Shown: positions 1 through 14,919, counted from the first letter of the stretch. The stretch: DNA of 49,599 nt from Leidyana gryllorum EB-2025a (GCA_048772705.1 JBLWGC010000075.1:1-49599); one strand, 5' to 3'. Program-made: numbers and translations. Notes: generated by a model not told the origin, from the letters alone.

Positions 1-196
1 AGAGCACACAGATCCGGCTTTGGGGTAGCGCTTCTACGCAGATCTCTCTCGAGTGTTTTGGTGGTGTCGGGCATAATGATTGAAGATCCCAAAAAGTTGC
101 ATTTCTGGCTGTGGGTGGGGCGTAGAAGGTGGTTAGCAACAACAACGACAGCGACTGTCTTATAGTCCCGTTTTTTCACCCTGAGGGCACTGCTGC

Positions 197-2224
<2,028 letters not shown>

Positions 2225-2427
2225 CTTGTCAATCAAAAAGGATGGGAGTTACAAAACTAATCTACCCCTCTCCCTTTTTGTATTCTTTTACTCTCTAATG
2301 ATCCCACCTCACATTTCGAAAACACACAGTGTCAGCCCTTTCCTCCCACCATGTGACTAGAGAAGTGACTCATGTGGAAAAGAGCGGTATAAATTTTTGG
2401 CCGCGTCAGACTGGCCATTTCGAGAGG
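2225..2427. promoter_or_regulatory. Candidate bidirectional promoter (V-ATPase B / W2-like gene)
   Basis: A 203-bp divergent gap with TATAAATTTTT at 2388-2398 and two CATGTG copies at 2350 and 2371. Confidence 0.5.
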
Positions 2428-4617
2428 ATGGCTCCAAAGTCGAAAGGACGCGTGGTAGACCCCGCGGTCTTCCTGCCAGAAGACGATATCGCGAACCTCT
2501 CAGTTGAACACCCGTACGATGGCCGGTCTGCTCGGTAAGCCCACGCCCAACACACATATAATAAACTCACCACTCTCACAGGCGGTTTAACGACCGTTAT
2601 GGCACCTACGGAATAGGCGAAGGCGACGGCGGACGCCGTGAACGTCGACGGGACGACGAGGACAGCAGCCGCGCTGATGGTAGGCGCCTATCAAAGATTG
2701 TGCCCCCCTCAAATCAACTTTTTCTTTCAACAGCCGATATGGAGTGGAGACGAGGCGGACCCCCCGCCCGGACCGACAGCCGCCCAATGGGAGGAATGAG
2801 ACGTGAAGGCGGCAGCGGCGGTGATTTTGGCGGAGGTTTCCGGGCCCGAAACGCCCCTGGGAACGACATTGAAATCAATCGGAGCGGACTACAGCGCAGC
2901 GAGATGAGCCGTGGCGGACCCGGCAGACCCCCTTATGGCGGTGCTGCTTCCGCTGAATCGCGCACCGGCGGCTACTCGTTCGGAGATCGGGGCCGAATGG
3001 AGCGCAACCGCAGCCAAGATGAGCCCGAGGGAGAATGGCGAAGCTCCAAACCTCCCGCTGCCGCGGCTCCTCCTGCTGCGGCTCCCGCTGCCCCCGCGGC
3101 TGGCCGGAAACGTTTCAACTTTGGAGCTCTCAGCGGCTTCACTGAAGGCAGCAGCACCTCTACTGCTGCTGCTCCGGCTCCCAAAAAGGCGCCAGAGCAG
3201 CCCTCTCCGGCCAAAGAGGTCCAACCTGAGGTTCAAGAGGAGACCAAGCCGACTCCCCGCGAAGCCTCCCCACCACAGGCTCCTGAGCCCCCGGTCGTCA
3301 AGCCCAGCGAGCCAGCTGTCCAGCCCAGCGAGACTGTCGAGTCCGGCGAGCCCGCCCCCAAGTCCGCAGAACCTGCTGCAGAGCCAGCTAGCGCGGCTGT
3401 GGAGCCGACAACGGAGCCCGCTGTGCAGCCCTCGCCAACAGCTGCCGGAGGCAAAGCCCCCAAGATCAACTTTGACTCGCTGTGGAGTGCTCCCCGCAAG
3501 CCTCGATCAGCTGCTCGGCCTGCCGAGACCCCTGCACCAGTTCCTGTCCCACGCTTGCCTGCGAGAAGACAAGCTGCTGCTGCGCCCGCTGAGAAGGTTG
3601 ACGTGTCGGCGGAGGAACCTCAGGTGGAAAAGAAGAAGAAGCGTGTCAACGAGAAGAAAGCTGCTCTCCGGGCAGCCCGCGCTAAGAAGGTTGAGAGTGA
3701 TGGCCACAAGGCTCGCTCTGATATTGTTCGACGAAACCTCATTCGAGGATGTGCGGAGGATATCGACTCCATCTGCAGTGAGTGCTGCAATAGAGAGAGT
3801 TCACCTTGTTTACTTGTCGCCCCCTTAGGTGCTCTGGACCCAATTATTTCTGCGGAGAAGCCGCTGGATGTGGCTGCTGCCGGTGCAGAATTGGACAGAA
3901 TCGTTGGTACTTTGCAAAAGGTGAGTTTGCGACGCCCGTTGCCGCCTCAGCCACTCTCTTTTCTCAAAACGCAGACTGATTCTGTTTGGGACTCCACTCT
4001 CCTATTGGCGTGTGTGCATGTGGTCATAGTCAAGGAGATTGCTGCTGTCGCTGAGGATCTGATGGCTATGGATGGCTGGAGTGAATATACCCCCGCCCAA
4101 ATCGAGGCGGCGGTGGACGAAAAGCTCGTGCCAGAAGCAGAGACATGCGTTCGCAATGCTACACCTGTGGTCCTAGCTGCCAAGGAGCGGTTAGACAATT
4201 TCCTCGGTCACGACTTTGAGTTTGTCAACCTGCAAGAGATCTTCAAGTCCGTCTCCAGTGAGTGTCTCGTCCATTTGATCGCTTCTGGCTCCGACAATCT
4301 GTGCTCCTTCAGATGCTGGTTGCCCCCGGTTGACACCTTCTTTGACTATCACCGAGTTGGTTTTGATCGCCTGGCTGACACAGAGCCCCGAGATCGTTAC
4401 TCCCGAGCTGATCATTGAGTGGAGCGACGACAACGAAGATGACACTGAAGGCCGCTCCACTGCTCTCGCCCAGGTAAGAACCACAACACCCTTTGAGGAC
4501 CGCCTGTTTGACCCCCATTGGCAGATTGTTCATCTCCTCAAATGGCTCCAAGGTGGAATTGCTGACGACAAGGCCAGTGATAGCGAGGAAGAACAGGAAG
4601 AGTCCGACGAGGATTAG
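2428..4617 (+). CDS. Multi-exon protein with an RG/Pro-rich disordered N-half and a C-terminal W2 (eIF4G/eIF5/eIF2B-epsilon)-like domain; probable translation-initiation factor
   Basis: Starts at ATG 2428 (MAPKSKGRVV). Introns at about 2535-2581, 2680-2733, 3921-3974, 4258-4312 and 4474-4524 join the ORFs. The spliced C-terminus AGCPRLTPSLTITELVLIAWL...IVTPELIIEW...LLKWLQ plus an acidic tail resembles W2 aromatic/acidic boxes. Confidence 0.6.
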
Positions 4618-4650
4618 CTGCGCGCAGAGAACTGGATTCTCAATAATCCT

Positions 4651-5250
4651 TCATTGAATTATTTGTTCGTCGTCATCCCCATCTTCATCTCGAGGGTAGG
4701 ATTGTCTTCCTCCAGCCCCTCGGCCACCTTGAAGGAAGTCTGCGAGACGTTCTCGCTGTTCCGCTGCCTCCCGTTCCTCCCTCCTCCTCGCCTGTCAACG
4801 CAAAGCAACCCAAAGTGTACTCTAAATATCTCTTTGACTCACTTCCTCCGCCTCCAGTCGCCTCCGGGCCACCTCACTCTCAAATCGCAGGCGCTGTCTC
4901 TCGGCATCCAACATGGCATCATGCACAACTTTCCGACGCCTCGCCTCAATCACTTCGCGATGAGCATCCAGTATCTGTACATGCAATCCAACAATCGCCT
5001 CATACAGGTTTTGGTTCAGTGCGTCTTGCTCTTCTCGGTATTTTCTCGTGCTCCGCACTGCAAACCTCCGAATCAACGCGGCACATGTCATTGTTATCAA
5101 TGCGTACACCAGACCAATCACCACACCCACTGCCACGGTAGTTATCAGCGCATCGTTCGTATGAGAGCTGCTGCGTTGGAGTGAGCTGCGAGGGCTCTTG
5201 GGATAGAACCTCAACAACCCCGCTACTCGCATGTATGCACCTGGACGCAT
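4651..5250 (-). CDS. Hypothetical single-pass membrane protein with a charged coiled-coil (2 exons)
   Basis: A hydrophobic segment (ALITTVAVGVVIGLVYALITMTCAALI) is followed by an E/R-rich helix. A 51-nt GTGAGT...CAG intron at 4792-4842 removes the stop and extends the frame to TGA at 4651. Start at ATG 5250 or 5232. Confidence 0.65.
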
Positions 5251-7871
5251 GGGTACTGCTTTTGAACCGCCTCCGGCTGTTACAGTCGAACCACTCCCCC
5301 CAAAGCCCAGATATCTTGCCAGAGTCGCTCAGGAACGAATTCACACTCCCTGCACACCAATCCGACCACGCGTTCAGATAGTCACAGAACCGACCACACT
5401 CCACCAAACAAAACATGCTGCGCCAATCACCGCTGCCCCAATCACCACTGCCCCGATAAACTTCGATTTCGACCAATCTGCAGAAGGCAACACCCTCGTC
5501 ACCAACTTTGTCCAGAGAGCGGGGGCTGAACTGCGAGGTATGACCACCACCCCATAACCCCATAAGATTTCGAGTGTTAGGCCTAAGTGCTCACTTATCG
5601 GACCATCTTGTCCAACTCCAGCATGATTTCGAAGATATGCACTCGGAAACCACTTTGGATGACACTCCCGATGGTAAGCTCCTTCCTCAATCTTCACAAA
5701 CCTCGGACTCCTCGCAGCCACACGTGTCTTCGCCGACATTTGTAGAGGCCTGCTGTTCGCTCCCGCTCCAGAAGGGCCTGAAGCCGACATGTCAGAAGCC
5801 GATCTTCAACGCGAGCAAGTCTTACGGCATCATCGATTACTCTACGCCTTGAAGCGATTGCATCCAGCGATATTCGCTGACCCCGGACGCCGGAAAGCAT
5901 TCCCGCTGATGGAAAGTGAGTATTCCGAATACTAATCAATATCATACCCGCCTAATGGCATAGGTTTCCATCGCGAAGTCATCGATGAATTGTGCTATTC
6001 TCACTTCCAAGGGATCAGTTTCCCCGATCCGGACTATGCATTCCGTCGGGCTGGTGACCCTGCACGAAACATGGTAAGCGTGACCAGTTCCGACCATACA
6101 TCATCCGCGGTTCTCATCGCAGTCGCAAATGACACAGCTGAGTCGCAGTCATAGCTCCTCAGAGGTGTCCGCCCTCTCGAGGCGTGCTCGCTCGCCCGAT
6201 CTAGTCAGCTCTGCGCCATCTGAAGAGCCAACCGGGAGTAAATCAGCACCTTCGGAATCAGGTCTCAATCCCATACCCACCGTCCCGAAAGCATCCGTAC
6301 CTGCTCTTGATCTGGTAGCCTCGAAAGGGGTGAAAGCCAAGAAGGAGATTGTCAATAAAATGCCATTGAAATCAAAGACTGGTGGGAAGGAAACCGTTGA
6401 CGCCGAGATGAAAAGGTCGGTCACCTTTGACACCGAGGATCTTGCCAAGAAAGTGGGAGCCAAAGGCATTGACCCCAAAAGCAAGGAAGCAGCCAAAGAT
6501 GCTGCCACACCGTCCAAAGAGAGTAAGGGCGACGCGCCGTCAAAAGACGCCAAAGAGGGCGGCAAAGAGGCCCCGAAGGGAGGCAAAGACGCCTTGACCA
6601 AAAGCCTTGACAGCAAAGTGAAGGGTGAAGAAGCCGCTGCCAAGGGTGCTACCAAGGCGACATCGTCTTTGAAGAAGATATTTGAAGCCACCAATACACC
6701 TAGTACGGTGCGTAAGAGCGTTGAGCAGCAAGTCAAGACTACCGTCGCCAAAGCCGAAGCCAAGAAACAGGACGAAGCAGCCGACAATGCTTTCAAGGTC
6801 GCATTGCGAAAAGTAGGCGAACCGGGAAAGGTTTCCAGGTCCCCTTCTTTGACCGGACCTCGATCTCGACCGGGTAGCTTCAGTCGCGCCGAATCGCAAA
6901 AATCATTGTCGTCCTCTGGTCTGATGAAGAGGGGAGGTTTGGGCAAACTTGGAACGGAGGCCAAGAAAGAGACTGCTCTCAAACCTGCTGTGTCAGGAAA
7001 AATGGACACTCGTAAAGCCGAGCCTTTGAAGGCTGACCAGCAAGCCTTGGATGCTAAAGCCAAGGCTAAGGGAGATGTGAAGGCAGCAAGTGGGACCACA
7101 GACAAGAAAGCAGACGCCAAGAAAGGCGATACCACGGAGGCTAAGAAGGCAACAACCATCAAGAAAGACGAAGAAGGAAAGAAGGAGCCCGCAAGTGCCA
7201 AGAAATCGGATACGGCCAAGCAGACCGAGGGCGCAAAAGCGATCAAGGAAGCAGCGAAGAAGGAAAGCGCGAAGAAAGCAGCAGGAGGAAAAGAGGATAC
7301 TGGTAAAGCTAAAGAGGACAGTGGAGCGAAGAAAGCCGAAGCTGCGTCTAAGAAGACTGAGAGTACAGTCAAGAAGACGGACGCCGCTGGCAAACGTAAA
7401 GAGGCAAAGAAAGCAGCTAAGGGCAAAGAAGAGGTCAAATCCCCACCCGAAGCCAAAGCAGCTGATGCTAAGGCAAAGGCCAAAGACGATGCCAAAGCAG
7501 GGAAAGCATCAGGCAAGGCTAAGGCCAAGGAGAAGGCAGAGCTACCTGGGAAGAAAGAGGCTAAGAAAACGCTTAATCTATCTAAAGCGTCGGCGAAGAA
7601 GGATGATGCAGCCAGCAAGGATGCAGGTCAAGCTGAAGAAGGGAAGAGCGTTGAGGGGAAGGACGCAAAGGCGGGTGGCAAGACTGCCAAGGTTGCTAAA
7701 GAAGCCAAAGCAGCAAAAGCATCAGCTAAGACCGGGAAGGATGCCAAAGCCAAAGACGTGGCCAAAGGCTCTGATAAGGTTCCTGAGGCAAAAGGCGACG
7801 CAAAGGAGGGTAAGAAAGCTGGAAAGGCACCCAAGGAAGGCAAGAAGGCAACTACTAAAAACGTGTCCTAA
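5249..7871 (+). CDS. Hypothetical protein with a long Lys/Ala/Glu/Asp-rich low-complexity C-terminal region (5 exons)
   Basis: Phase-compatible introns at 5538-5580, 5674-5717, 5916-5963 and 6074-6122 link ORF 5231/5249 to the 580-aa ORF 6129-7871. Start at ATG 5249 or 5231. Confidence 0.7.
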
Positions 7872-7902
7872 GTGTGTGCTATCACGCGCATTGGCATTAT
7901 TG

Positions 7903-10900
7903 ATGCTTACAAGGCTTTTATGCAACGCCAGTGCGAGTGGTGATCTTGATCGGATCCGAAAATGTGTCGTGAAGCGAGGAGTGAATCCCAATTTCCCGTG
8001 CACGGATCGTGACGGACAAACACCCTTGCATTTCGCAGCCACCCATTTGCAACTGGAAGCCACAGAATACCTTCTAGCGGTAAGACAATTGGCTGGACTC
8101 TGCATCTGCTTTCAGCATGGAGCAAACCCACTCGCAGTTGACTGCTTGGGCTTCACGCCCTTAGCTAGAGCTTGGTAAGGAGATATTGAGTTCAAAGATG
8201 AATGACGTGCGCTGCAGTCTCAGCATGTGTGACGCATCGGACGACATGGTACTCATTCGCGGCATGGCTCTAATCCAAGCTCACCTGAATCGCGGCGCTG
8301 AGTATCGTGTTCGTGACAAGTTTGGCAATTCGATCGTTCACTTGCTGGCAGCGAAAGCGACTCCAGAGGCATTTCGCCGGATCACGCAGGATATTGCTGA
8401 ACGCGAAATTCGTGCCTATCGACATGAAGGATCTAGCGCTCATTGCTTCGATGGCAGTCTACGCAGCGCATTGATGTCCCTGTATTACTTGCCTGGATGG
8501 GGTTTACTCACTCCTCTACATTTGGCGGCCGAATCCGGAAACCGCAGTGTGCTCACCCTGATGCTGGAAAGTATCACAGAGAATCAATCCTCGGACTTCC
8601 CCTCTGGTTTCCTCCTCAATCCAGTTGACGCCGTGGGATGGTCTCCACTCCATTGGGCAGCTTTACGAAATGATGTACAAACGGTCCAACTCCTTCGAGC
8701 TTACAATGCTGATGTTGAACAGAAAGATTACATGTCGCGAACTGCCCTCGACGTGGCCCTCAGTTTTCAACGACCAGAAGCAGCACGATCTCTCATGAAG
8801 AGTCCCAGTGTCTCGGAATCCAGTAGTGAAGCAGAAGAGGAGAACTTCAGTGAGGCTGTCGTTGCCGACACCTCCAGCGATTCAGTCAGCATTGAGGTTT
8901 CGTCCGGTGATGCTAGTGAAATATCTTCTGGAGCTCCGAGCTCCACTCGAGAGAAGAAAGCTTGGAACAAATCCAGCTTGGGACACTTCATTCTGATCAC
9001 AGCTGCACTCCTAGTTCTGGTGTGCTCGACTGCCGAGGTTGGCTTCAGGAATCTATCGATTCTCACTCGTCAACATCAGCTGGAGAGCATAAAAGAGTGG
9101 CCATTGGCCGAAATGTTACTTTTGGCTGGGCCAGCGGTCTTAACAACCTTCATCCTGGCCTGCAGTGACCACCTGCCAACAGCTCATCTCAGCTCGCTGA
9201 AAACGGCCCGGCAATCCAACTTATGGAGATGGCTAACGGATGTGCTTCTATGTATGACTGCTCTGGTCCCGATCAAATGCGGGCCACTAATGCTGGCCCA
9301 CCAATTACTTCTTGAGGAACGAGAGTTGACAATCGAAGAGGAATCCAGTGAGTCCCATACTTCGCTGAGCAGCTCGCTCGGCACGCCTCCTCCTCACCCC
9401 GTGACGAGGCCGCGAACTCCCCGGAGACCGTCGCAGAGTGCTTTAATCCGTCGCACTCAAGAGCTTTGGCTGAAGCCGTTCAAGTTGTTCAACCGGCATC
9501 CTCCGCCGTGTGACAGCATCACGGAGAAATGTTTGTGTCCGCATCGCAATGTCAAGGTTACCGCTCGGACAGTACTGGTGCGTGCTGAAATGCGGTCGGA
9601 TTGGGTGCCTCTGCTGGGGGCACTCAAGCGGGTTACGGCTAGGTACTTCCGGAAGCACCACACAGGCGAGGATGAATGCTGCCAGCATACGCCTCCCACC
9701 GTTTACCACTTGGTACTGTGCTTGTGGTTCTTCCAGACAGTGATCGTTCCGAGACTGTTGGTGGAACAAGCCAGGAATCAGCCACCAACGGGAACGACAT
9801 TGCCCACTTCGTCTGAAGCTGACCCCAATAGCCAGGAAAGCATGCCTGAACGCACCACCAGTCAGGAGATCTACGAGTCCAGCCAGTCAAATTCAGCACA
9901 ATCAGGTTCAGCTGACCATCCCTCCCATGAAGACGACACGGAAGGTCTAGTGGCAAGCGACTTCGACTATTTCGCACAGGCAGAGACTCCACTGCGACCT
10001 GCTTCCGAGGGATCTGATCAGCAAGTTGCATATGACCGACCATACGGCCACTGGTTGGATGAAATTCTGCACTCCAGAGCTCCACCAAGCGAGCCCGAGC
10101 TTTCTTCTTCTGATTTCAGCAGCTCACAGACGGAGTCGGTCAGTGTATCGTACGATTCTCAAAACTCATCAGATCAGCGAAGTGGAGAGGAGTCTCTCTC
10201 CTCCGACTCTGACAGGGATCAGCAGTGGCACAGTGAATGTGATGTGGAAGCCCAAAGCTCGATGTCTTCAGCCACGAATACTTTAGACATGTGGAGTCAG
10301 AAGGAGGGCTCACAAACTCCTAACTTTGGCTTGATCAAGCCCGGGAACAAGAAAAGCTCGATTGGTCAACCAATACTTTCACCGTACGCTACTTCCGGAC
10401 TCAGTCTTGACAACATTTGGGTGTCATTTGAGAAGTGGTTCAAGGAGTACCAACGGATTTGCGACTTTCTTCACGAACGAGCTCAATTAGACTCCTGCGT
10501 GCTTCACGTTGACTTGGAGGAATCCTACAGAATCAGCCCCGATGAGCTGGTTGATATTTTTCTCGAGCGACGCTGTGATCAAACTATCGACCCCAAGATT
10601 TACAGAAGATCATTGAGCAGAGCCGTCGAGGAACTTTCTCAGATTCCCAAGACCCATCCACATCATGACCTATTGGAGCTGGACACCATCCTTGCAATGC
10701 TCAAGTAAGTTGGAACAATTGTTGTGCTATGAAAGTTTCACCAGGATCGAAGCGCAGGAACACGTTCATGATCAACCTCCGCCTCCTTATGTGGACATTG
10801 ACGTACTAAATCGGAAGAGGCAACTTGATGATGCACGGGAGCTGGAAAATTACACGGAGCCCTCCCTGAAAAGCTCCGATCAAGGTCGATCTCCCCCAAC

Positions 10901-11355
10901 AAACGACTCCTGTGTGTCGATCGAGATTCAATCTGTACCTTCGCCAGTTACCGCATCCTCCGACGCAGCCACAGGAACCAGCACATGGAAGATGTCGCAA
11001 AGAGTGAAGCGTACTGGCAAGCTTGTGAGGCACAGCGCCGTTGCAGCATTAGTTCTGGTGCCTTCGACCATAGATTTGACTTTTGCGGCGACTTATCTGA
11101 CCGTCTTCCAGCCGCCGGGGGTGTATGGGCTAACGCTCATCACATTGACCTTGTGCGAAGTCGTCTCACTCATGGGCTTCGGTACAGCATTCCTATTATG
11201 GCGGTGAACGGGAATGTGTTGAGAAACCAATAGAAGCGCTCTCATTTGATGACCAGCTGCTCTCTGGTGGTCACTCCCGACAAATGCTGACACCATGCTA
11301 TTGTTCGCGGAGGTGCCAAGCTGAAGTGAATTTTCCCAATATTAGAAGACACTGA
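7903..11355 (+). CDS. Ankyrin-repeat protein with predicted transmembrane segments
   Basis: Starts at ATG 7903. Ankyrin motifs are GQTPLHFAA, GFTPL, GNSIVHLLA, LTPLHLAAESG, GWSPLHWAA and RTALDVA, followed by several hydrophobic helices. Introns at about 8080-8116, 8174-8217 and 10705-10744. The 3' end is uncertain: TGA 11207, or 11355 via an intron at about 11121-11188. Confidence 0.8.
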
Positions 11356-11364
11356 AAATTCGCA

Positions 11365-13368
11365 TTACCTGGAGACAATGACCCCCTCTTCATCCAGGGC
11401 AGATTTGAGACCCGGAAAAGTATTCACCAGAGATGTGACCATCTTGCCGACTTGTTGTGCGGGTTGGCCTTCAATATGTGGTTGCAGCCCGGACAGGGAG
11501 GTCAAGAGTTCAAGTGCTTGGATTGGTGCTGAGAGATATGACACTTGGGAAGTGGACACTCCCCAAACTCTCTTATTCTCCAAAGCTTTCTCAAAGACAT
11601 CAACAATTCGAGAGAAGTCAACAACTTCCCCGAATTCATCTGAGTCACTTGCATTAGCTTGTGTCATGTCACTTGATCGACGGAGCGAGTGGGGTAGACA
11701 ATCGATAATCGCTCGGACTACGGCCGATCCAAGCCAAGCCACATCGTCCTGGAAAGAAGGCAATGTCTAAAATCGTTTGATTTGTCTTACCTCAAGAGGT
11801 ATAGAGTTGGGTGCGACTTTCATCAGCGTGAGGGCTGCTGCCACACTCCCTATCATCAGAGGCCCGGCCAGAATCGACTTTTGAAGGTGCTCCTCGCACA
11901 TTTTCTTTAATTCCATGAATATCTCTTTCATCAATTCAATATTGACATGTTGCGCATGTTCCGCGAGTCCTCTCAGTGTTTCGAAAACAATGACGATAGG
12001 GTATAGATGAGGTCCTCGGAGTACTCTGGCATAGAAAGTCATGAGATGAGTGAGGATTAGAGCTTTGTTGGCCCTAAACTTCTTGTAATCGCCATGAACA
12101 AGTCCTTTGGAGACGCCTCGCATGAGTTCGGTATCAATGGCCCTTTCATCTGCATCTCTGGACTTAGAGAGGTCGAGAGACTCTGTGATTCCTCGTCTGC
12201 GCATTTCGGCTTCGGCAGCACTTTCTTTCTTGCCAATTTCGAGCGAGCGCATGGTACGTAAAAGTACGATAGGACCAAGGAATGGTTGATCTCTCCCAAC
12301 CTTGACGGAGGTGAGACGTTTGAATATCTGAGTAACCAGTTTGCTTGAGAACTCGAGTGTGGTGTCCTGTTGGAATATATCAGCGATGTTACTGGCCAGA
12401 GTATCAATATGTTGTTGCTCCGCTGAGCGAAAGAGGTAATCGATAACCTGGTTGAACAGGTCGTCTCGATGGTTGGTAAACCGCGCCGTGTGGAGGAAGT
12501 CAGCGACGAAGGTTATGAAGCGATCTGAGCAGACCGTATTGGACCGCTCTGACCAATACTTATCCTTGAGCATAAGAAAAAGGTGTCGGTTGAGATATCG
12601 AGAGTATATTTCGAGAAGGTGTGCTTCATAAGCCCATAGCTTTCTTACTTCCTTCTTGACTTTGACTTCTTCTCCATTGGGCGCGGCATTGTTCTCAGCC
12701 GGGTTTGTTTGCATCACATATGACGGGAGTGTATTTTTTAGCATCGCGCCGATGGAGAGGAAGAGCAGAAGAAGTATCTTGGCCTTGGCTTCAATTGCAG
12801 ATTCTGCAGCTTTCTCAGACCGCAGGACTTCCAACTCCGACTGAGTATGTCGCAGGCCCAGCATAACGAGCTCGAGCCAATACAGATTACCTTCCGGATT
12901 GAGACTAAGTTTCTCATTGATTTCGGCAATTACTTCCATCATAGCATCGGGAGAGCTGACGAACGTTGGATACTTCTTACGAAGATCCATTCGTTGTTGG
13001 CCATTTAGGTGGGGTGATTTGAACTGTTCATTAGACTTGCGAGTATTTGCTTCTTTAGCGGCCCTCTTGGCGGCTCGTTTCGCTTCTTTTTTGGCCTTGA
13101 GCGATTGGATGAAGGCTTCGTCTTGTTCGACCTGCTCAGAGTCGACAGGAGGAGCATTATGTTGAAGCTGCCATTTGCCCTCTTCGGTTTTGACCGGCAG
13201 AGCGGCTATACGTTTGGTAGTTTCGAGCCACTGATCCCCTCCTCGAGGATTGCGCTCATAATCGCGGATACCATCGAGCTCAATGGAGTCATCAGACTGC
13301 TTGGGCCGGTTGGCAGTCCTGGATTTCTTGGAAGAACGATCCAACGTGGAGGACCGCTTGAGCCCCAT
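11365..13368 (-). CDS. NOC3: Nucleolar complex-associated protein 3-like
   Basis: MLKNTLPSYVM...VKKEVRKLWAYEAHLLEIYSRYL, LSLNPEGNL and LAEHAQHVNIELMKEI match the remembered NOC3 pattern. An intron at 11749-11790 joins the two ORFs. Confidence 0.75.
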
Positions 13369-13379
13369 GAAAAAATTTG

Positions 13380-14919
13380 TTACGCTTCCCTCACCAGGAG
13401 GAGTCTGAAAGCCGTTGCGAGCTCGCGTAACTCACTGTAGGCGGCCTCAAGCGTGTTTGATTCATCAGTTAGACACCCAAGTATGCGTGAAGGGACCCAA
13501 GTCTCTTCTAGTGGCCAGAATATGTCCGTTGCCAGACGAGTGTGATCGAGGTCCATAGGACCAATGTGGTGTAGGCGGGGTGAATACATGATGTCTCCTA
13601 TCCGGTCGATCAAATCGTCTTTGCCAAACTTTGAAAGGGCAGGGACTTTGATCACGACTTTCACTCGCAGGGTGGCTTCCTTCTCAGTATCACTCATGAC
13701 ATCGAAAAGGAACGAAGAGCTACAACGCACGCCAACATCATGACGAAAGGTTTCACCTGCAGAAAAAGAAGGTCCAAGAGTACACAAACAAGGCTTAAAG
13801 AGAGTGATGCGCACACACACGTGTGTGCTCGCCTCCATTTGGGCAACCAAGTACGGCCTACCTGCGATTATATTGAAATCGATTGCGCCCGCTTCATGTG
13901 ATTTCGGAACCAAGTGGGTCATGTTGGTAGAATCGCCATCACGAAGGGTGGTGAGGTGACTGAGAGTTTGCAGAATAAGGGCACCACTGAATGTCCGCTG
14001 GGCAAAGTGAGCGATCATGAGGAGACGGATCATCTGTCGGCGGTATTCCATGGGATCGGCGGCAATGTCTTCTCGAGTAGCCGTCGAGAAACAGGCTGGA
14101 ATAAGTTGTTGAAACAACTGCCGATACGACTTAGTGTCAGCTCCTGATGGGCGGTAGCATATAAGCTGAAGCGGGGCGGCTGCCCATTTACCTTTGATCA
14201 GCTTGCGTCCAATCCGAAAAGTATCCCTCGAAGCATCTTTGAAGTCCTGTTTCAGGTTGGGGAAGAAGTCATCGTCTGGGAAGGGCGGGGCCGGGACGAG
14301 TCTCTGTGGGGCTGCAGGGATGGCCACCATGGCATGTCCCGGTTCACTGCAATGTAGTTGGGTGAAGAGAGGGAAGCTTGAAGACTCACGATGGGACTCC
14401 ACAATAGTTTGGGATCATCTGGAAGGCGAGAAAGTTGAATAGTGGTATCTCTTGAGATTCGATAGTACCAAGAGGGAGGGGCGGGGACAAGGCATTATTA
14501 CACCTTTCATAGAGTCCACGTGTTTCGGTTGCATATGCGGGATTAGCGAGACAGTGGGTGGAGGCGATTGACGCCGCTACACTGTTGAGCTCCTCGAGAG
14601 CCTGGATAGCGTCGGTTTGCGCCTGATGGAGTTCATTGACGGCTTGTTGTGTGGTAGATATGGTCTCAGCGAGGCGTTTCCATTTTTCGTCCTGATAGCT
14701 CCCGAGGACTTGGAGGATACTTTTGTCCTGAGTCGAGTTGGCGAGGTCTATTTCTTTGGCAAAATCCTCGTAAGTGTAGAATTGAGGGTGTGAGTGATGT
14801 TGATCTTTGGCATCTGTAGTGGTTGTGAGAGATCGAAGTGGTGGCGGTTGATCGCGGCCGGGTGATTGGGGCTGGGGGGCAGCAGCCTGACGGTCGAGAA
14901 TATTGATCAAAAAGAGCAT
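13380..14919 (-). CDS. Hypothetical protein, about 500 aa, with an N-terminal coiled-coil (weakly reminiscent of Mediator Med17)
   Basis: ORFs 14386-14937 and 13380-14402 join in frame through a 43-nt phase-2 intron at 14347-14389 (TC|GTGAGT...TGCAG|T). First ATG at 14919. The Med17 resemblance is a weak impression only. Confidence 0.65.

Noticed and set aside
4651-5250. Selenoprotein S/K-like protein (TM, coiled-coil, TGA)
   Set aside because: The TGA is not in a Gly-rich GGU context, no SECIS is evident, and only 33 nt separate it from the convergent gene.
5000-5563. Thrombospondin-like WSxW motifs in a minus-strand ORF
   Set aside because: The TGG codons mirror CCA proline codons of the plus-strand gene, and there is no TSR Cys/Arg pattern.
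5329-5790. TGA-as-Trp recoding, suggested by in-frame TGAs here and at 11205-11325
   Set aside because: Both regions are explained by coding on the other strand or in another frame. Conserved Trp residues in GRP94 use TGG, and several genes end in TGA.
6149-7618. 489-aa hydrophobic antisense ORF
   Set aside because: It is the shadow of the Lys/Ala-rich sense ORF.
7090-7902. Fusion of the Lys-rich ORF with the ankyrin gene
   Set aside because: There is no good phase-compatible donor, and ATG 7903 gives a clean start just before the first ankyrin repeat.
11767-11790. 24-nt ultra-short intron in NOC3
   Set aside because: An in-phase acceptor with a better pyrimidine tract at 11749 gives a normal 42-nt intron.
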